Of a stretch of DNA of 63,854 nt, positions 48,259-61,000 are shown in pieces. This stretch comes from Malacoraja senta. Taxonomy: Eukaryota. The position numbers and the translations under genes are program-made. How positions within the stretch are numbered: the first letter of the stretch is position 1; each line of letters starts with the position of its first letter. Location of the stretch: contig JAXLNO010000086.1 in the NCBI GenBank assembly GCA_038087875.1, positions 1-63,854 on the forward strand, read 5' to 3'. The notes beneath the pieces were generated by a model. That model had not been told where the DNA came from, did not search any database, and saw only the letters and a list, made by a program, of their open reading frames with translations.

Positions 48259-50048
48259 TGGTTTAGAGGGGGATTTGAGGGGGTTTAGAAGTGTTTATAG
48301 GGGATTAGATGGGGACTAGAGAGGTTAATAGGGGGTATAGATGGGATTATAGGGGGTTAGAGGGGGTTTAGATAAGTTTAGAGGGCGTTAGAAGTGTGTT
48401 GAGTGGTTTTGAAGGGCTTAGAAGGGTCTAGAGGGGTTTCGAGGGGTTTCAAGGGGTTTAGATGGGTTTAGAGGGTGTTAGTGGGGTTTACAGGAGTTTA
48501 GAGGGGATTAGAGGGCTTTAGAGGGGTTTAGAGTGGGATAAACGTGTTGAGGGTTAAACGGGTTTAGAGGGGTTTAGAAGGGTGCTGTTTATAGGGGGTA
48601 TAGAAGGGTTTAGAGGGATATCAAGGGCTTGAGATAGGTTTAGATGGGTTTAGAGCGGTTCATAGGGATTCAGAGGGGTGTAGAGTGGTCTAGACGGGTT
48701 TAGAAGGGTTTAAACGTGTTGATGGTGGTTTTGAGGTGTTCACTCTGGTGGAAGGCACAAAAAATGGCCAGTCCTCCTCCATTTCCCCCGTGGGAGGGAA
48801 CTCAACCCTCCGCCGTCGCCGCTGCTGGTGTCCAGATGTGGAGACAAGGTAAAGTCCAGGTAAGTCCTAAATCGGTGTTTCCCTACCGGAGACCGCGGCT
48901 TCAGGTTGGTGTAGGCCGCAAGCCGGCGGTCGAAGATCTAAAGTCCCCGCCGCGCCGCAGCCAGAAGCACCGCAGACCGCAGGGCCGGCAGTCGGAGCTC
49001 CTCTCCATGGATACCCGGCGAGGGACCCCGCTCCTGATGGTAAGTCCACGCCACGCCAGCGGTAGGAGTAGGCCGCGGGCCGGCGGTCGGAGCTCTTCTC
49101 CTCCATGGTAGCCAACGAGGGATCCCAGGCTCCGGACGGCGCGCAAGCCTGAAGCACCGCAGTTCGCGGCTTCTGGATGATGTAGGCCGCGGGCGGACAG
49201 TCGGAACTCCTCTCCAGGGGTCCCCGGCGTGGGACCCGCTCCTGATGGTAACTCCACGCCGCGCCCGCGGTAGAAGTTGACCGCGAGCCGGCGGTCGGAG
49301 CTCTTCCACTCCCGGGTCCCCAACGAGGGATCCCAGGCTGCTCCGCAGACCTGGTTGCCGCGGGCCAGCGAAAGGAGCGCTCCCGTCCGGCGATCCCCGG
49401 CGAGACATCGCCCGCTCCGCGACGAAAGAATGCTCGCCCCGGGCGCGTCTCGATGTTAGGCCACGGGGGAGGCGACATAGAAAAAGTTGCCTCTCCGTGG
49501 AGGAGGCGACCGAAACGGTTTTACCCTTACCACCCCCCCCCCACCCACACCCCCGTAAACCACCCGCACACAAGACACACAAAGAAACATTAAAAACATA
49601 CATTAGGACATACGGAAAAAACAAGTAAATTAGAAAGAACTAACACGCTGCTGTCAGGGCTGCCGGCTTGCAGCGCCCCCACCGAACTGTGTTTAGAGTG
49701 GTTTAGAGGGTTTAGCGAGGTTTCGATGGGTTTCTAGGGGTTTCGAGGGGGTTAGTGGGGCATAGAGGGGCATAGCGTGGTTAAGGGGGTTTAGAGGGGG
49801 ATAGAGTGATTTCGAGGGGTTTCAAGCGGTTTAGAGGGCTTTAGAGGTGTTTAAAGATCTTTAGAGGGGTTTAGAGGGCTTTAGATGTTTGGAGGGGTTT
49901 AGAAGGTTTTAGAGGGGTATAGATGGGTTAGAGGGTTGTAGAGGTCTTCAGAGGGGTTTAGGTGTTTAGAGTGGTTTAGAGGGTTTAGAGGGGTTTACAG
50001 GGGTTTAGAGGGGTTTAGAGGGGTCAGAAGGATTTAGAGGGGATTAGG
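48259..50048 (+). repeat. 10-bp satellite, G-rich strand, interrupted at 48741-49685
   Basis: (GGGGTTTAGA)n variants. Confidence 0.93.
48741..49685 (-). mobile_element. GC-rich non-coding retroelement relative, 3' end missing, with internal ~209-bp tandem duplication
   Basis: Same layout as 52303-53086: T-rich tract, G-run plus GAAAC, then a GC-rich body with GATGGTAAGTCC. Shares CTACCGGAG.CCGC.GCTTC with 47798-47818. 48983-49130 is repeated at 49191-49340. Confidence 0.65.
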
Positions 50049-50049
50049 A

Positions 50050-51476
50050 GGCAACGGTGGCTGACAAGATAAGTTAGGGATAGAATAAAACTAAATGAAA
50101 AGATGTATAACTAGCAACGAGTACCCGGAAGCCAGAGGATTGGGAAACTTTCATAGGACAACAGAAGGAAACAAATCGGGCTATACGGCTGAAAAGATGA
50201 ACTACTAAGGGAAGCTGGCCAGGAATATAAAGAAGGACAGTAAAAGCTTCTTGTTAAGGGTAAAAGAGTAGCAAAGACAAATGTGGGTCCCTTGAAGGCA
50301 GACACGGGTGACATTAATATGGGTAACAAGGAAATGGCATAAGAGTTGAACAGGTACTTCGGAGCTGTCTTCACTGAGAAAGACACAAACAATCTCCCAG
50401 ATGTACTGGAGGACAGAGGATCTAAGGGGGTAGAGGAACTGAAATAAATTTTCATTAGGCGAGAAATAGTATTGGGTAGGCTAATGGGTCTGAAGGTTGA
50501 TAAATCCCCCTGGGCCTGATGGTCTGCATCCCAGGGTCCTCAGGGAGGTGGCTCGAGAAATAGTGGACGCATTGGTAATTATTTTCCAATGTTCGATCGA
50601 TTCAAGATCATTTCCAGTGGATTGGAGGATAGCTAACGTTATCCCACTTTTCAAGAAAGGAGCGAGAGATAAAACGGGGAATTACAGACCAGTTAGCCTG
50701 AATTCGGTGGTGGGAAAGATGCTGGAGTCAATTAGTAAAGAGGTAATAATGGGGCATTTGGATAGCAGTAAAAGGATTAGTCCAAGTCAACATGGATTTA
50801 TGAAAGGGAAATCATGCTTGACTAATCTTCGGGATTTTTTTTAAGGATGTGACAAGTAAAATGGATGAAAGGGTGCCAGTGGATGTAGTGCTAAGGTCCC
50901 GCATGGGAGACTGGTGACTAAATTTCGAGCACATGGTATTGGGGGTACGTTGTTGACATGGATAGAAAATTCGTTGGCAGACAGGAAGCAAAGAGTAGGA
51001 GTGAACGGGTCCTTTTCTGAATGGCAGGCAGTGGCGAGTGGAGTGCCGCAAGGCTCGGTGTTGGGGAATTATGAGCAACACTAGCAAGTTTGCGGATGAC
51101 ACAAAGCTGAGTGGCAGTGTGAACTGCGAAGAGGATGTTAAGGGGTTGCAGGGTGATCTGGACAGGTTAAGTGAGTGGGCAGATGCGTAGCGGATGCAGT
51201 ATAATATAGATAAATGTGAGGTTATCTACTTTGGCGGCAAAAACAAGGGGGCAGATTATTATCTCAATGGGGTTAGGTTAGGCAAGGGGGGGGGGGGTAC
51301 ATCGAGATCTGGGTGTCCTTGTACTTCTGCAGTTGTATAGGGCTCTGGTAAGACCACATCTGGAGTATTGTGTACAGTTTTGGTCTCCTAATTTGAGGAA
51401 GGATATCCTTGTGATCGAGGCAGTGCAGCGTTGGTTCACGAGATTGATTCCTGGGATGGCGGGACTGACATGTGAG
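50050..51476 (+). mobile_element. CR1 LINE fragment, 5' part, decayed
   Basis: [64 protein letters not shown]. Confidence 0.9.
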
Positions 51477-51870
51477 AAAATACTATGCTTGCAGATCATT
51501 CTCAATGCAGACGGGGTGCCGCCAGGTCTGCTCTGACAGAAAAGATCTACTGTAGGTAGGGTGAGCACCCACAGAAACAGGATGTATACGGGGAACAAGG
51601 CAAATGGTTTAAGAACAGGACCACGAGGGTGGGGGGAGGGGTAGTAATCTCCAGATTGCTCCTGGTGCAACATGCTGCTGAGGGCAAGAACAAGAAGGGG
51701 GGAACAGGTGAAGGCCTGGTTGCGGAGTTGGTGGAAGGGGCAGCCATTCAGATTGAGGGACCGCTGAGATCCTTGTTGGAGCCGAGGTGACCTGTACAAG
51801 AAGGCAGACAAAAATGCTGGAGAAACTCAGCGGGTGAGGCAGCATCCATGGAGTGAAGGAATAGTTGATG

Positions 51871-52300
51871 CAGGGCTACCAACTCTCACGCATTGAGCGT
51901 GAGAATCACGCCTTTGGCCAAATTCTCACGCTGATCACAAATTTCTCATGCTCTATCGTGAGAAATTCTGTGATCAATGAAAATTTCAAAACTTATATCC
52001 ACTGCATGGGCCGCGGGAGGTTGGATGGCCGGGGATGAGGGAGGGATGAAAGCAGAAGCAGCGGCGCGGACAGATGCGGAAGCCAGGGCTCCCGAGTATT
52101 TTCCGGGCTGGCGAGTGTTTGCCGGGCTGGCGAGTCACTCGCTGCAGCTTCAGCCATGGAGCTGCCTCAGTGCAAGATTCCCGGGCCGTCGGAGGCGTCG
52201 GAAGTGTTGCGCCGCTGCCGTGAGAGTCTCTTTGCCCAGGTAACCGGCATAGATCAGGCTGCGGCTTGGTGCCTCCTGGAGGACAACCAATGGCTTCTGA
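51871..52300 (+). mobile_element. Possible left end of a hAT-type non-autonomous DNA transposon
   Basis: Starts CAGGGCTACCAACTCTCACGC with repeated or inverted CTCACG motifs and internal palindrome GATCAC.AATTTCTCA...TGAGAAATT..GTGATC. No right TIR found. Confidence 0.4.
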
Positions 52301-52302
52301 AA

Positions 52303-53086
52303 GTAATCAGAATGCCGTTTATTCTCATTTAAACATAGGTTCAAACGAAATTACGTTTTCTGCAGTCATAACAACAAAAAAACACACAATGAACATAATT
52401 CCACACAAACATCCATCGCAGTGAATACCCAAACACCTCCTCGCTGTGATGGAAGGCAAACGTCTTATCTCTTCCCTGTTCTCTGATCTTTTTCTTCTCC
52501 CGCAGTCATGCAGTTATACTGCTGCATCGAGCTGATCGAGGCTCTTGATGTTTGAGCCCCCGGCGGGCGATGGTAAGTCCCGCGTCCGTATAAGCTGCGC
52601 CGGGCGATATAAGGCTCCGCTCCGGGTCGATTTAAATCCCTCGATTCGGCGGGCGAAGTTTACCGTTGCGGGAGCTCCGAAAAGCGGTCTCCTACCAGGG
52701 ACCCGCGAGCTCCCGATGTCACCGACCACAGGCCCTGCAGCCGAAGCCTCCAAGCTCCGAAGTCGGGTCGCAGCCGCGCGCCACAACAGCGCACCGCACT
52801 CTGAAGTTGGCCAGCTCCGCGATGGTAAGTCCGCAGGCTCCAGGTCGATTCCGATTGGAGGACGCCGGCTCCATGATGTTAGGCCCAACGACAACGGAGA
52901 GTTGAGAAGGAAAAAGTCGGGTCCCCGACAGGGAAGAGATTAAAATGTTTCCCCCGCCCCCCCCCACACATATACACAGCTAAAAATAGTATAAAAACTA
53001 AAACCAAGACATCCACCTAACAGGACAAAAAAAAAAAGACAGAAGGACTGCAGACGCCGCTGCCGCGAGGCGCCGCCATCTTGTCA
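52303..53086 (-). mobile_element. Apparently complete GC-rich non-autonomous retroelement (family of 2924-3690)
   Basis: Minus strand starts GACAAGATGGCGGCG and ends ..TTCGTTTGAACCTATGTTTAAATGAGAATAAACGGCATTCTGATT. Colinear with 2924-3665. Confidence 0.8.
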
Positions 53087-53177
53087 TTGGGTAGAAACGG
53101 TGGAAGATAGTGGCCTTCAAATGGGGTGGTTGGAGAAAGCATTCTGCTTGCCTCCTAGATTTTCACTTGCACTAACT

Positions 53178-53508
53178 GCAGGAAAAAAAAATCCCGATGT
53201 TGGGGCAGTTCAGAGCCAGGGGTCACAGTTTAAGTATAAAGGGTAGGCCAGTTAGGACTGAGATGAGGACAAACTTTCTTCACGCAGAGAATTGTGAATC
53301 TGTGGAATTCTCTGCCACAGAAGGCAGTGGAGGCCAATCCACTGGATGTTTTCAAGAGAGAGTTACATTTAGCTCTTGGAGCTGGCGAAATCAAGGGATA
53401 TAGGAAAAAACAGGAGAGAGGTACAGATTTTAGATGAACAGTCATGAACATATTGAATGGCAGTGCTGGCTCGAAGGACTATTGCTACACCTATTTTCTA
53501 TGTTTCTC
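53178..53508 (+). mobile_element. CR1 LINE 3' end (probable continuation of 50050-51476)
   Basis: RGHSL.IKGR...TEMR.NF, 3' UTR ...TATTGAATGGCAGTGCTGGCTCGAAGG...CTATGTTTCT. Confidence 0.85.
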
Positions 53509-53538
53509 TGATTGAGTATATGGCAATGAAACTCGACC

Positions 53539-55060
53539 TCTAAAACCCTCTAAACCTCTCTATACTCCTGTAAACTCATCTAAACCTCACTAAACGCCTG
53601 TTAAGCCTTGTAAACCCCTGTACACCCCTCTAAACCCCTCTAAATCCCTCTAAATCCCCTAAACTCCCTTAAACCCGTATAAAACCCTCTAAACCCTTCT
53701 AAACCCTTCTAAACCACTAAAAAAACGCTCCAAACCCCTCTAAACACACGTAAACCCCTTTAATCCTCTCAACCTCTCTAAACCCTTGTAAACTCTAAAC
53801 CCATCTAAACATCCCTAAACCCCTGTAAACCATGTAAGCCCCTCTAAACACGTATAACCACCTCTAAACCCCTGTGAACGCCTCTACCCCCCTGTAAACC
53901 CCCCTAAACACCTTGAAACCTATGAAAATCCCGATAAACTCCTATAAACCTCTCTAAACCCATGTAACACCCTCTAAACACCTCTAAACCCATCTAAGCC
54001 CCTCTAACCCACCCTAAACCCATCTAAAGCCCTGCAAACACCATGTAAACCCCTGTAAACCCCTCTAAACAGTTATAATCCGCTCTAAACGCCTGTAACG
54101 CCCTCTGAACCCATGTAAACCCCTGTAAACGCATCTAAACCCCTCTAGACACATGTAAACCCCTCTAAACACCTCTAAACACATCTAACCCCCTATAACC
54201 CCCTGTTCACCAGTCGAAACCCCTCTAAACCCCAGTAAACTACCCTAAACACATCTAAAGCCATGCAAACCCCTCTAAAGCACTCTAAACCACTCTACAC
54301 CCCTCTAAACGCCTATACACACATCTAAACCACTATAAACCCTTCTAAACACATCTAAACCCCTCCAGATTCCTCCAAACCCCTGTACACTCGTCTAAAA
54401 CCCTCTAAACACCTGCACACCCCTCTAAACCTCTGTAAACCCCTGTAACCCCCTATAAATACCTATAAACCCCTCTAAACCACTCCACTCTTAACCCCTC
54501 TAAACCCTTCTAAACCCCTCTAAACACCTGTAAACCCCTGAAACCCCTGTAAACCACTCTAAACCCCGCTAAACCACTGTAACCTCTCTAAACCTCTCTA
54601 AACACGTGTAAACCCCTGTAAACCCCTCAAACCCCCGGTAAACGCACCGAAACCCCTCTAAACACGTGTAAACCCCTCTAATCACCTCTAAACGCCTGTA
54701 ACTCACTCCAAACCCACCTAAACGCATGTAATCTACTCAAAACGCCCGAAAACACCTATAAACCCCTCTAAATCCCTCTAAACCCTCGGAAAACCTATCT
54801 AAACCCACGTAAACCATGCTAAACACCTGTAAACCCTGTAGACTTCTCTAAACCTCTGTAAATCCATGAACACGCCTCTAAACCCTTCTAAACCCTTCTA
54901 AACCCCACTAAACCCAATGTAAACACCTGTAAACACCCTGTATACCACACTAAACACCAGTAAATCGCTGTAATCCCCTCTAAACCCATCTAAATCCATG
55001 TAAACCCCTCTAAAATCCTCTATTCCGTTTAAAACCTGAAACGCTCAAAACCACTCTATT
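53539..55060 (-). repeat. 10-bp satellite, C-rich orientation
   Basis: (TCTAAACCCC)n variants. Further blocks lie at 56951-57576 and 59186-59810. Confidence 0.93.
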
Positions 55061-58000
55061 TCTGGCTACCTTGCCGGAAATATGGCGACCTTGCCCGATT
55101 TGTGGCGACCTTGCCGGATTTATGACGACCTTGCCGGAAATATGGCGACCTTGCCGGATTTATGGCGACCTTGCCTGAAATATGGCGACATTGTCGGATT
55201 TGTGGCGACCTTGCCGGATTTATGCCGAACTTGCCGGACTTGTGGCGACCTTGCCGGATTTATGACGACCTTGCCGGAAATATGGCGACATTGCCGGAGT
55301 TCTGGCGACCTTGCCGGAAATATGGCGACGTTGCGGGATTTGTGGCGACGTTCCCGGATTTATGGCTACCTTGCCGGAAATATGGCGACCTTGCCGGATT
55401 TGTGGCGACCAGGCCGGATTTTTGGCGACCTTTCCGGAAATATGGCGACCTTGCCGGATTTGTGGCGACCTTGTGGATTTATGGCGACCTTGCCGGAAAT
55501 ATGGCGACCTTGCCGGATTTGTGGCGACCTTGATGGAAATTTGGCGACCTTGCCGGAAATATGGCGACCATGCCGGATTTGTGGCGACATTGCCGGATTT
55601 ATGGCAACCTTGCCGTAAATATGGCGACCTTGCCGGAAATATGGCGACCATGCCGGATTTGTGGCGACCTTGCCGAATTTATAGCGACCTTGCCGGAAAT
55701 ATGGAGACCTTGCCGGATTTGTGGCGACCTTGCCGGATTTATGGCGACCTTGCCGGAATTATGGCGACTTTGCCGGATCGTGGTGACCTTGCCGGATTTA
55801 TGGCCACCTTGCCGGATTTGTGACGACCATGCCGGAAATATATAGACCTCGCGGGGTTTATGGCGACCATGCCGGATTCGTGGCGACCTTGCCGGAAATA
55901 TGGCGACCTCGCCAGATTTATGGCGACCTTGCAGGATTTATGGCGACATTGCCGGAAATATGGCGACCTCGCTGGATTTATGGCGACCTTGACGGAAATA
56001 TGGCGACCTCGCCGGATTTATGGCGACCTTACCGGAATTATGGCGACTTTGCCGGATCGTGGTGACCTTCCCGGATTTGTGGCAACCTTGCCGGATTTGT
56101 GACGACGATGCCGGAAATATATAGACCTCGCGGGGTTTATGGCGACCATGCCGGATTCGTGGCGACCTTACCGGAAATATGGCGACCTCGCCAGATTTAT
56201 GGCGACCTTGCAGGATTTATGGCGACATTGCCGGAAATATGGCGACCTCGCCGGATTTATGGCGACCTTGACGGAAATATGGCGACCTCGCCGGATTTTT
56301 GGCGACCTTGCCGGTTTTATGGTGTCCTTGCCGGAAATATGGCGACCTTGCCGGATTTGTGGCAACCTTGCCGGATTAATGGCGACCTTGCCGGAAACAT
56401 GGCGAGCTTGCCGGATTTGTGACGATCTTGCCGGATTTATGGCGTCCTTGCCGGAAATATAGCGACCTTGCCGGATGTGTGGCGACCATGCAGGAATTAT
56501 GGCGACCTTGCCGGAAATATGGTGACTTTGACTGATTTGTGGCGACCTTGCAGGATTTATGGCCACCTTGCCGGAAAAATGGCGACCTTGCCGGATTTGT
56601 GGCGACCTTGCCGGATTTATGGCGACCTTGCCGGAAATATGGCGACCTTGCCGGATTTGTGGCGACCTTGCCGGATTTATGGCGACCTTGCCGGAAATAA
56701 GGCGACCTTGCCGGGTTTGTGGCCACCTTGCCGGATATATGGCGACCTTGCCGGAAATATGGCGACCTTGCATGATTTCTGGCGACCTTGGCGGATTTAT
56801 GGCGACCTTGCCGAATTTGTGGCGACATTGCAGGAAATATGGCGACCTCGCCGGATTTATGGCGACCTTGCCGGATATATGGCGCCCTTGCCGGAAATAT
56901 GGCGACCTCGCCGGATTTATGGCGTCCTTGCCGGAAATATGGCGACCTCGTAAACTTCTCAAACCCATGTAAACCCCTCAAACCCCCGGTAAACGCACCG
57001 AAACCCCTCTGAACCCGTGTAAACCCCTCTAAACACCTCTGAACGCCTGTAACCCACTCCAAACCCACCTAAACGCATGTAATCTACTCAAAACGCCCGA
57101 AAACACCTATAAACCCCTCTACATCCCTCTAAACCATCGGAAACCCTATCTAAACCCACGTAAACCATGCTAAACACCTGTAAACCCTGTAGACTTCTCT
57201 AAACCTCTGTAAATCCATGAACACGCCTCTAAACCATTCTAAACCCTTCAAACCCCACTAAACCCCCTATAAACACCTGTAAACACCATGTATACCAAAC
57301 TAAACACCAGCAAATCTTTGTAATCCCCTCTAAACCCCTATAAGCCCCCTCTAAGCCCATCTAAACCCATGTAAACACCCTCTAAAACCCTCTCAACTCC
57401 TCTAAATCCCTGTAACCCCCTCCCATCCTCTCTAAGCACTTGTAAACACCTGTAAACGCCTGTAACCCCCTTGTAAACCCCCCTATAAATCCCCTCTAAA
57501 CCCATCTAAACCCATGTAAACCCCTCTAAAACCCTCTATTCCGTTTAAAACCTGAAACGCTCAAAACCACTCTATTTCTGGCTACCTTGCCGGAAATATG
57601 GCGACCTTGCCCGATTTGTGGCGACCTTGCCGGATTTATGACGACTTGCCGGAAATATGGCGACCTTGCCGGATTTATGGCGAGCTTGCCGGAAATATGG
57701 CGACATTGTCGGATTTGTGGCGACCTTGCCGGTTTGTGCCGACCTTGCCGGACTTGTGGCGACCTTGCCGGATTTATGACGACCTTGCCGGAAATATGGC
57801 GACATTGCCGGAGTTCTGGCGACCTTGCCGGAAATATGGCGACCTTGCCGGATTTGTGGCGACGTTCCCGGATTTATGGCTACCTTCCCGGAAATATGGC
57901 GACCTTGCCGGATTTGTGGCGACCAGGCCGGGTTTTTGGCGACCTTTCCGGAAATATGGCGACCTCGCCGGATTTGTGGCGACCTTGTGGATTTATGGCG

Positions 58001-61000
58001 ACCTTGCCGGAAATATGGCGACCTTGCCGGATTTGTGGCGACCTTGATGGAAATTTGGCGACCTTGCCGGAAATATGGCGACCATGCCGGATTTGTGGCG
58101 ACATTGCCGGATTTATGGCAACCTTGCCGTAAATATGGCGACCTTGCCGGAAATATGGCGACCATGCCGGATTTGTGGCGACCTTGCCGAATTTATAGCG
58201 ACCTTGCCGGAAATATGGAGACCTTGCCGGATTTGTGGCGACCTTGCCGGATTTATGGCGACCATGCCGGAATTATGGCGATCTTGCCGGATCGTGGTGA
58301 CCTTGCCGGATTTATGGCCACATTGCCGGATTTGTGAGGACCATGCCGGAAATATATAGACCTCGCGGGGTTTATGGCGACCATGCCGGATTCGTGGCGA
58401 CCTTGCCGGCAATATGGCGACCTCGCCAGATTTATGGCGACCTTGCAGGATTTATGGCGACATTGCCGGAAATATGGCGACCTCGCCGGATTTATGGCGA
58501 CCTTGACGGAAATATGGCGACCTCGCCGGATTATTGGCGACCTTGCCGGTTTTATGGCGTCCTTGCCGGAAATATGGCGACCTTGCCGGATTTGTGGCAG
58601 CCTTGCCGAATTAATGGCGACCTTGCCGGAAACATGGCGAGCTTGCCGGATTTGTGACGACCTTGCCGGATTTATGGCGTCCTCGCCGGAAATATGGCGA
58701 CCTTGCCGGATGTGTGGCGACTATGCCGGAATTATGGCGATCTTGCCGGAAATATGGCGACTTTGCCTGATTTGTGGCGACCTTGCAGGATTTATGGCGA
58801 CCTTGCCGGAAATATGGCGACCTTGCCGGATTTGTGGCGATCTTGCCGGATTTATGGCGACCTTGCCGGAAATATGGCGACCTTGCCGGATTTGTGGCGA
58901 CCTTGCCGGATTTATGGCGACCTTGCCGGAAATAAGGCGACCTTGCCGGGTTTGTGGCCACCTTGCCGGATTTATGGCGACCTTGCCGGAAATATGGCGA
59001 CCTTGCCGGATTTGTGGCGACCTTGGCGGATTTATGGCGACCTTGCCGAATTTGTGGCGACATTGCAGGAAATATGGCGACCTCGCCGGATTTATGGCGA
59101 CCTTGCCGGATATATGGCGCGCCTGCCGGAAATATGGCGACCTCGCCGGATTTATGGCGTCCTTGCCGGAAATATGGCGACCTCGTAAACCCCTCAAACC
59201 CATGTAAACCCCTCAAACCCCCGGTAAACGCACCGAAACCCCTCTGAACCCGTGTAAACCCCTCTAAACACATCTAAACGCCTGTAACCCACTCCAAACC
59301 CACCTAAACGCATGTAATCTACTCAAAACGCCCGAAAACACCTATAAACCCCTCTACATCCCTCTAAACCCTCGGAAAACCTATCTAAACCCACGTAAAC
59401 CATGCTAAACACCTGTAAACCCTGTAGACTTCTCTAAACCTCTGTAAATCCATGAACACGCCTCTAAACCCTTCTAAACCCTTCAAACCCCACTAAACCC
59501 CCTGTAAACACCTGTAAACACCCTGTATACCAAACTAAACACCAGCAAATCTCTGTAATCCCCTCTAAACCCCTATAAGCCCCCTCTAAGCCCATCTAAA
59601 CCCATGTAAACACCCACTAAAACCCTCTCAACTCCTCTAAACCCCTGTAACCCCCTCCCATCCTCTCTAACCACTTGTAAACACCTGTAAACGCCTGTAA
59701 CCCCCTTGTAAACCCCCTATAAACCCCCTCTAAACCCATCTAAACCCATGTAAACCCCTCTAAAACCCTCTATTCCGTTTAAAACCTGAAACGCTCAAAA
59801 CCACTCTATTTCTGGCTACCTTGCCGGAAATATGGCGACCTTGCCCGATTTGTGGCGACCTTGCCGGATTTATGACGACTTGCCGGAAATATGGCGACCT
59901 TGCCGGATTTATGGCGACCTTGCCGGAAATATGGCGACATTGTCGGATTTGTGGCGACCTTGCCGGATTTGTGCCGACCTTGCCGGACTTGTGGCGACCT
60001 TGCCGGATTTATGACGACCTTGCCGGAAATATGGCGACATTGCCGGAGTTCTGGCGACCTTGCCGGAAATATGGCGACCTTGCCGGATTTGTGGCGACGT
60101 TCCCGGATTTATGGCTACCTTGCCGGAAATATGGCGACCTTGCCGGATTTGTGGCGACCAGGCCGGATTTTTGGCGACCTTTCCGGAAATATGGCGACCT
60201 TGCCGGGTTTGTGGCGACCTTGTGGATTTATGGCGACCTTGCCGGAAATATGGCGACCTTGCCGGATTTGTGGCGACCTTGATGGAAATTTGGCGACCTT
60301 GCCGGAAATATGGCGTCCATGCCGGATTTGTGGCGACATTGCCGGATTTATGGCAACCTTGCCGTAAATATGGCGACCTTGCCGGAAATATGGCGACCAT
60401 GCCGGATTTGTGGCGACCTTGCTGAATTTATAGCGACCTTGCCGGAAATATGGAGACCTTGCCGGATTTGTGGCGACCTTGCCGGATTTATGGCGACCAT
60501 GCCGGAATTATGGCGATCTTGCCGGATCGTGGTGACCTTGCCGGATTTATGGCCACATTGCCGGATTTGTGACGACCATGCCGGAAATATATAGACCTCG
60601 CGGGGTTTATGGCGACCATGCCGGATTCGTGGCGACCTTGCCGGAAATATGGCGACCTCGCCAGATTTATGGCGACCTTGCAGGATTTATGGCGACATTG
60701 CCGGAAATATGGCGACCTCGCCGGATTTATGGCGACCTTGACGGAAATATGGCGACCTCGCCGGATTATTGGCGACCTTGCCGGTTTTATGGCGTCCTTG
60801 CCGGAAATATGGCGACCTTGCCGGATTTGTGGCAGCCTTGCCGAATTAATGGCGACCTTGCCGGAAACATGGCGAGCTTGCCGGATTTGTGACGACCTTG
60901 CCGGATTTATGGCGTCCTCGCCGGAAATATGGCGACCTTGCCGGATGTGTGGCGACTATGCCGGAATTATGGCGACCTTGCCGGAAATATGGCGACTTTG

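Noticed and set aside
15659..50048. Integrated virus or giant coding element bounded by telomere-like repeats
   Set aside because: No viral, transposase or polymerase genes; all coding remnants are retrotransposon-derived.
1..55060. True telomere or interstitial (TTAGGG)n
   Set aside because: The unit is a degenerate 10-mer, and there are no tandem runs of canonical TTAGGG.
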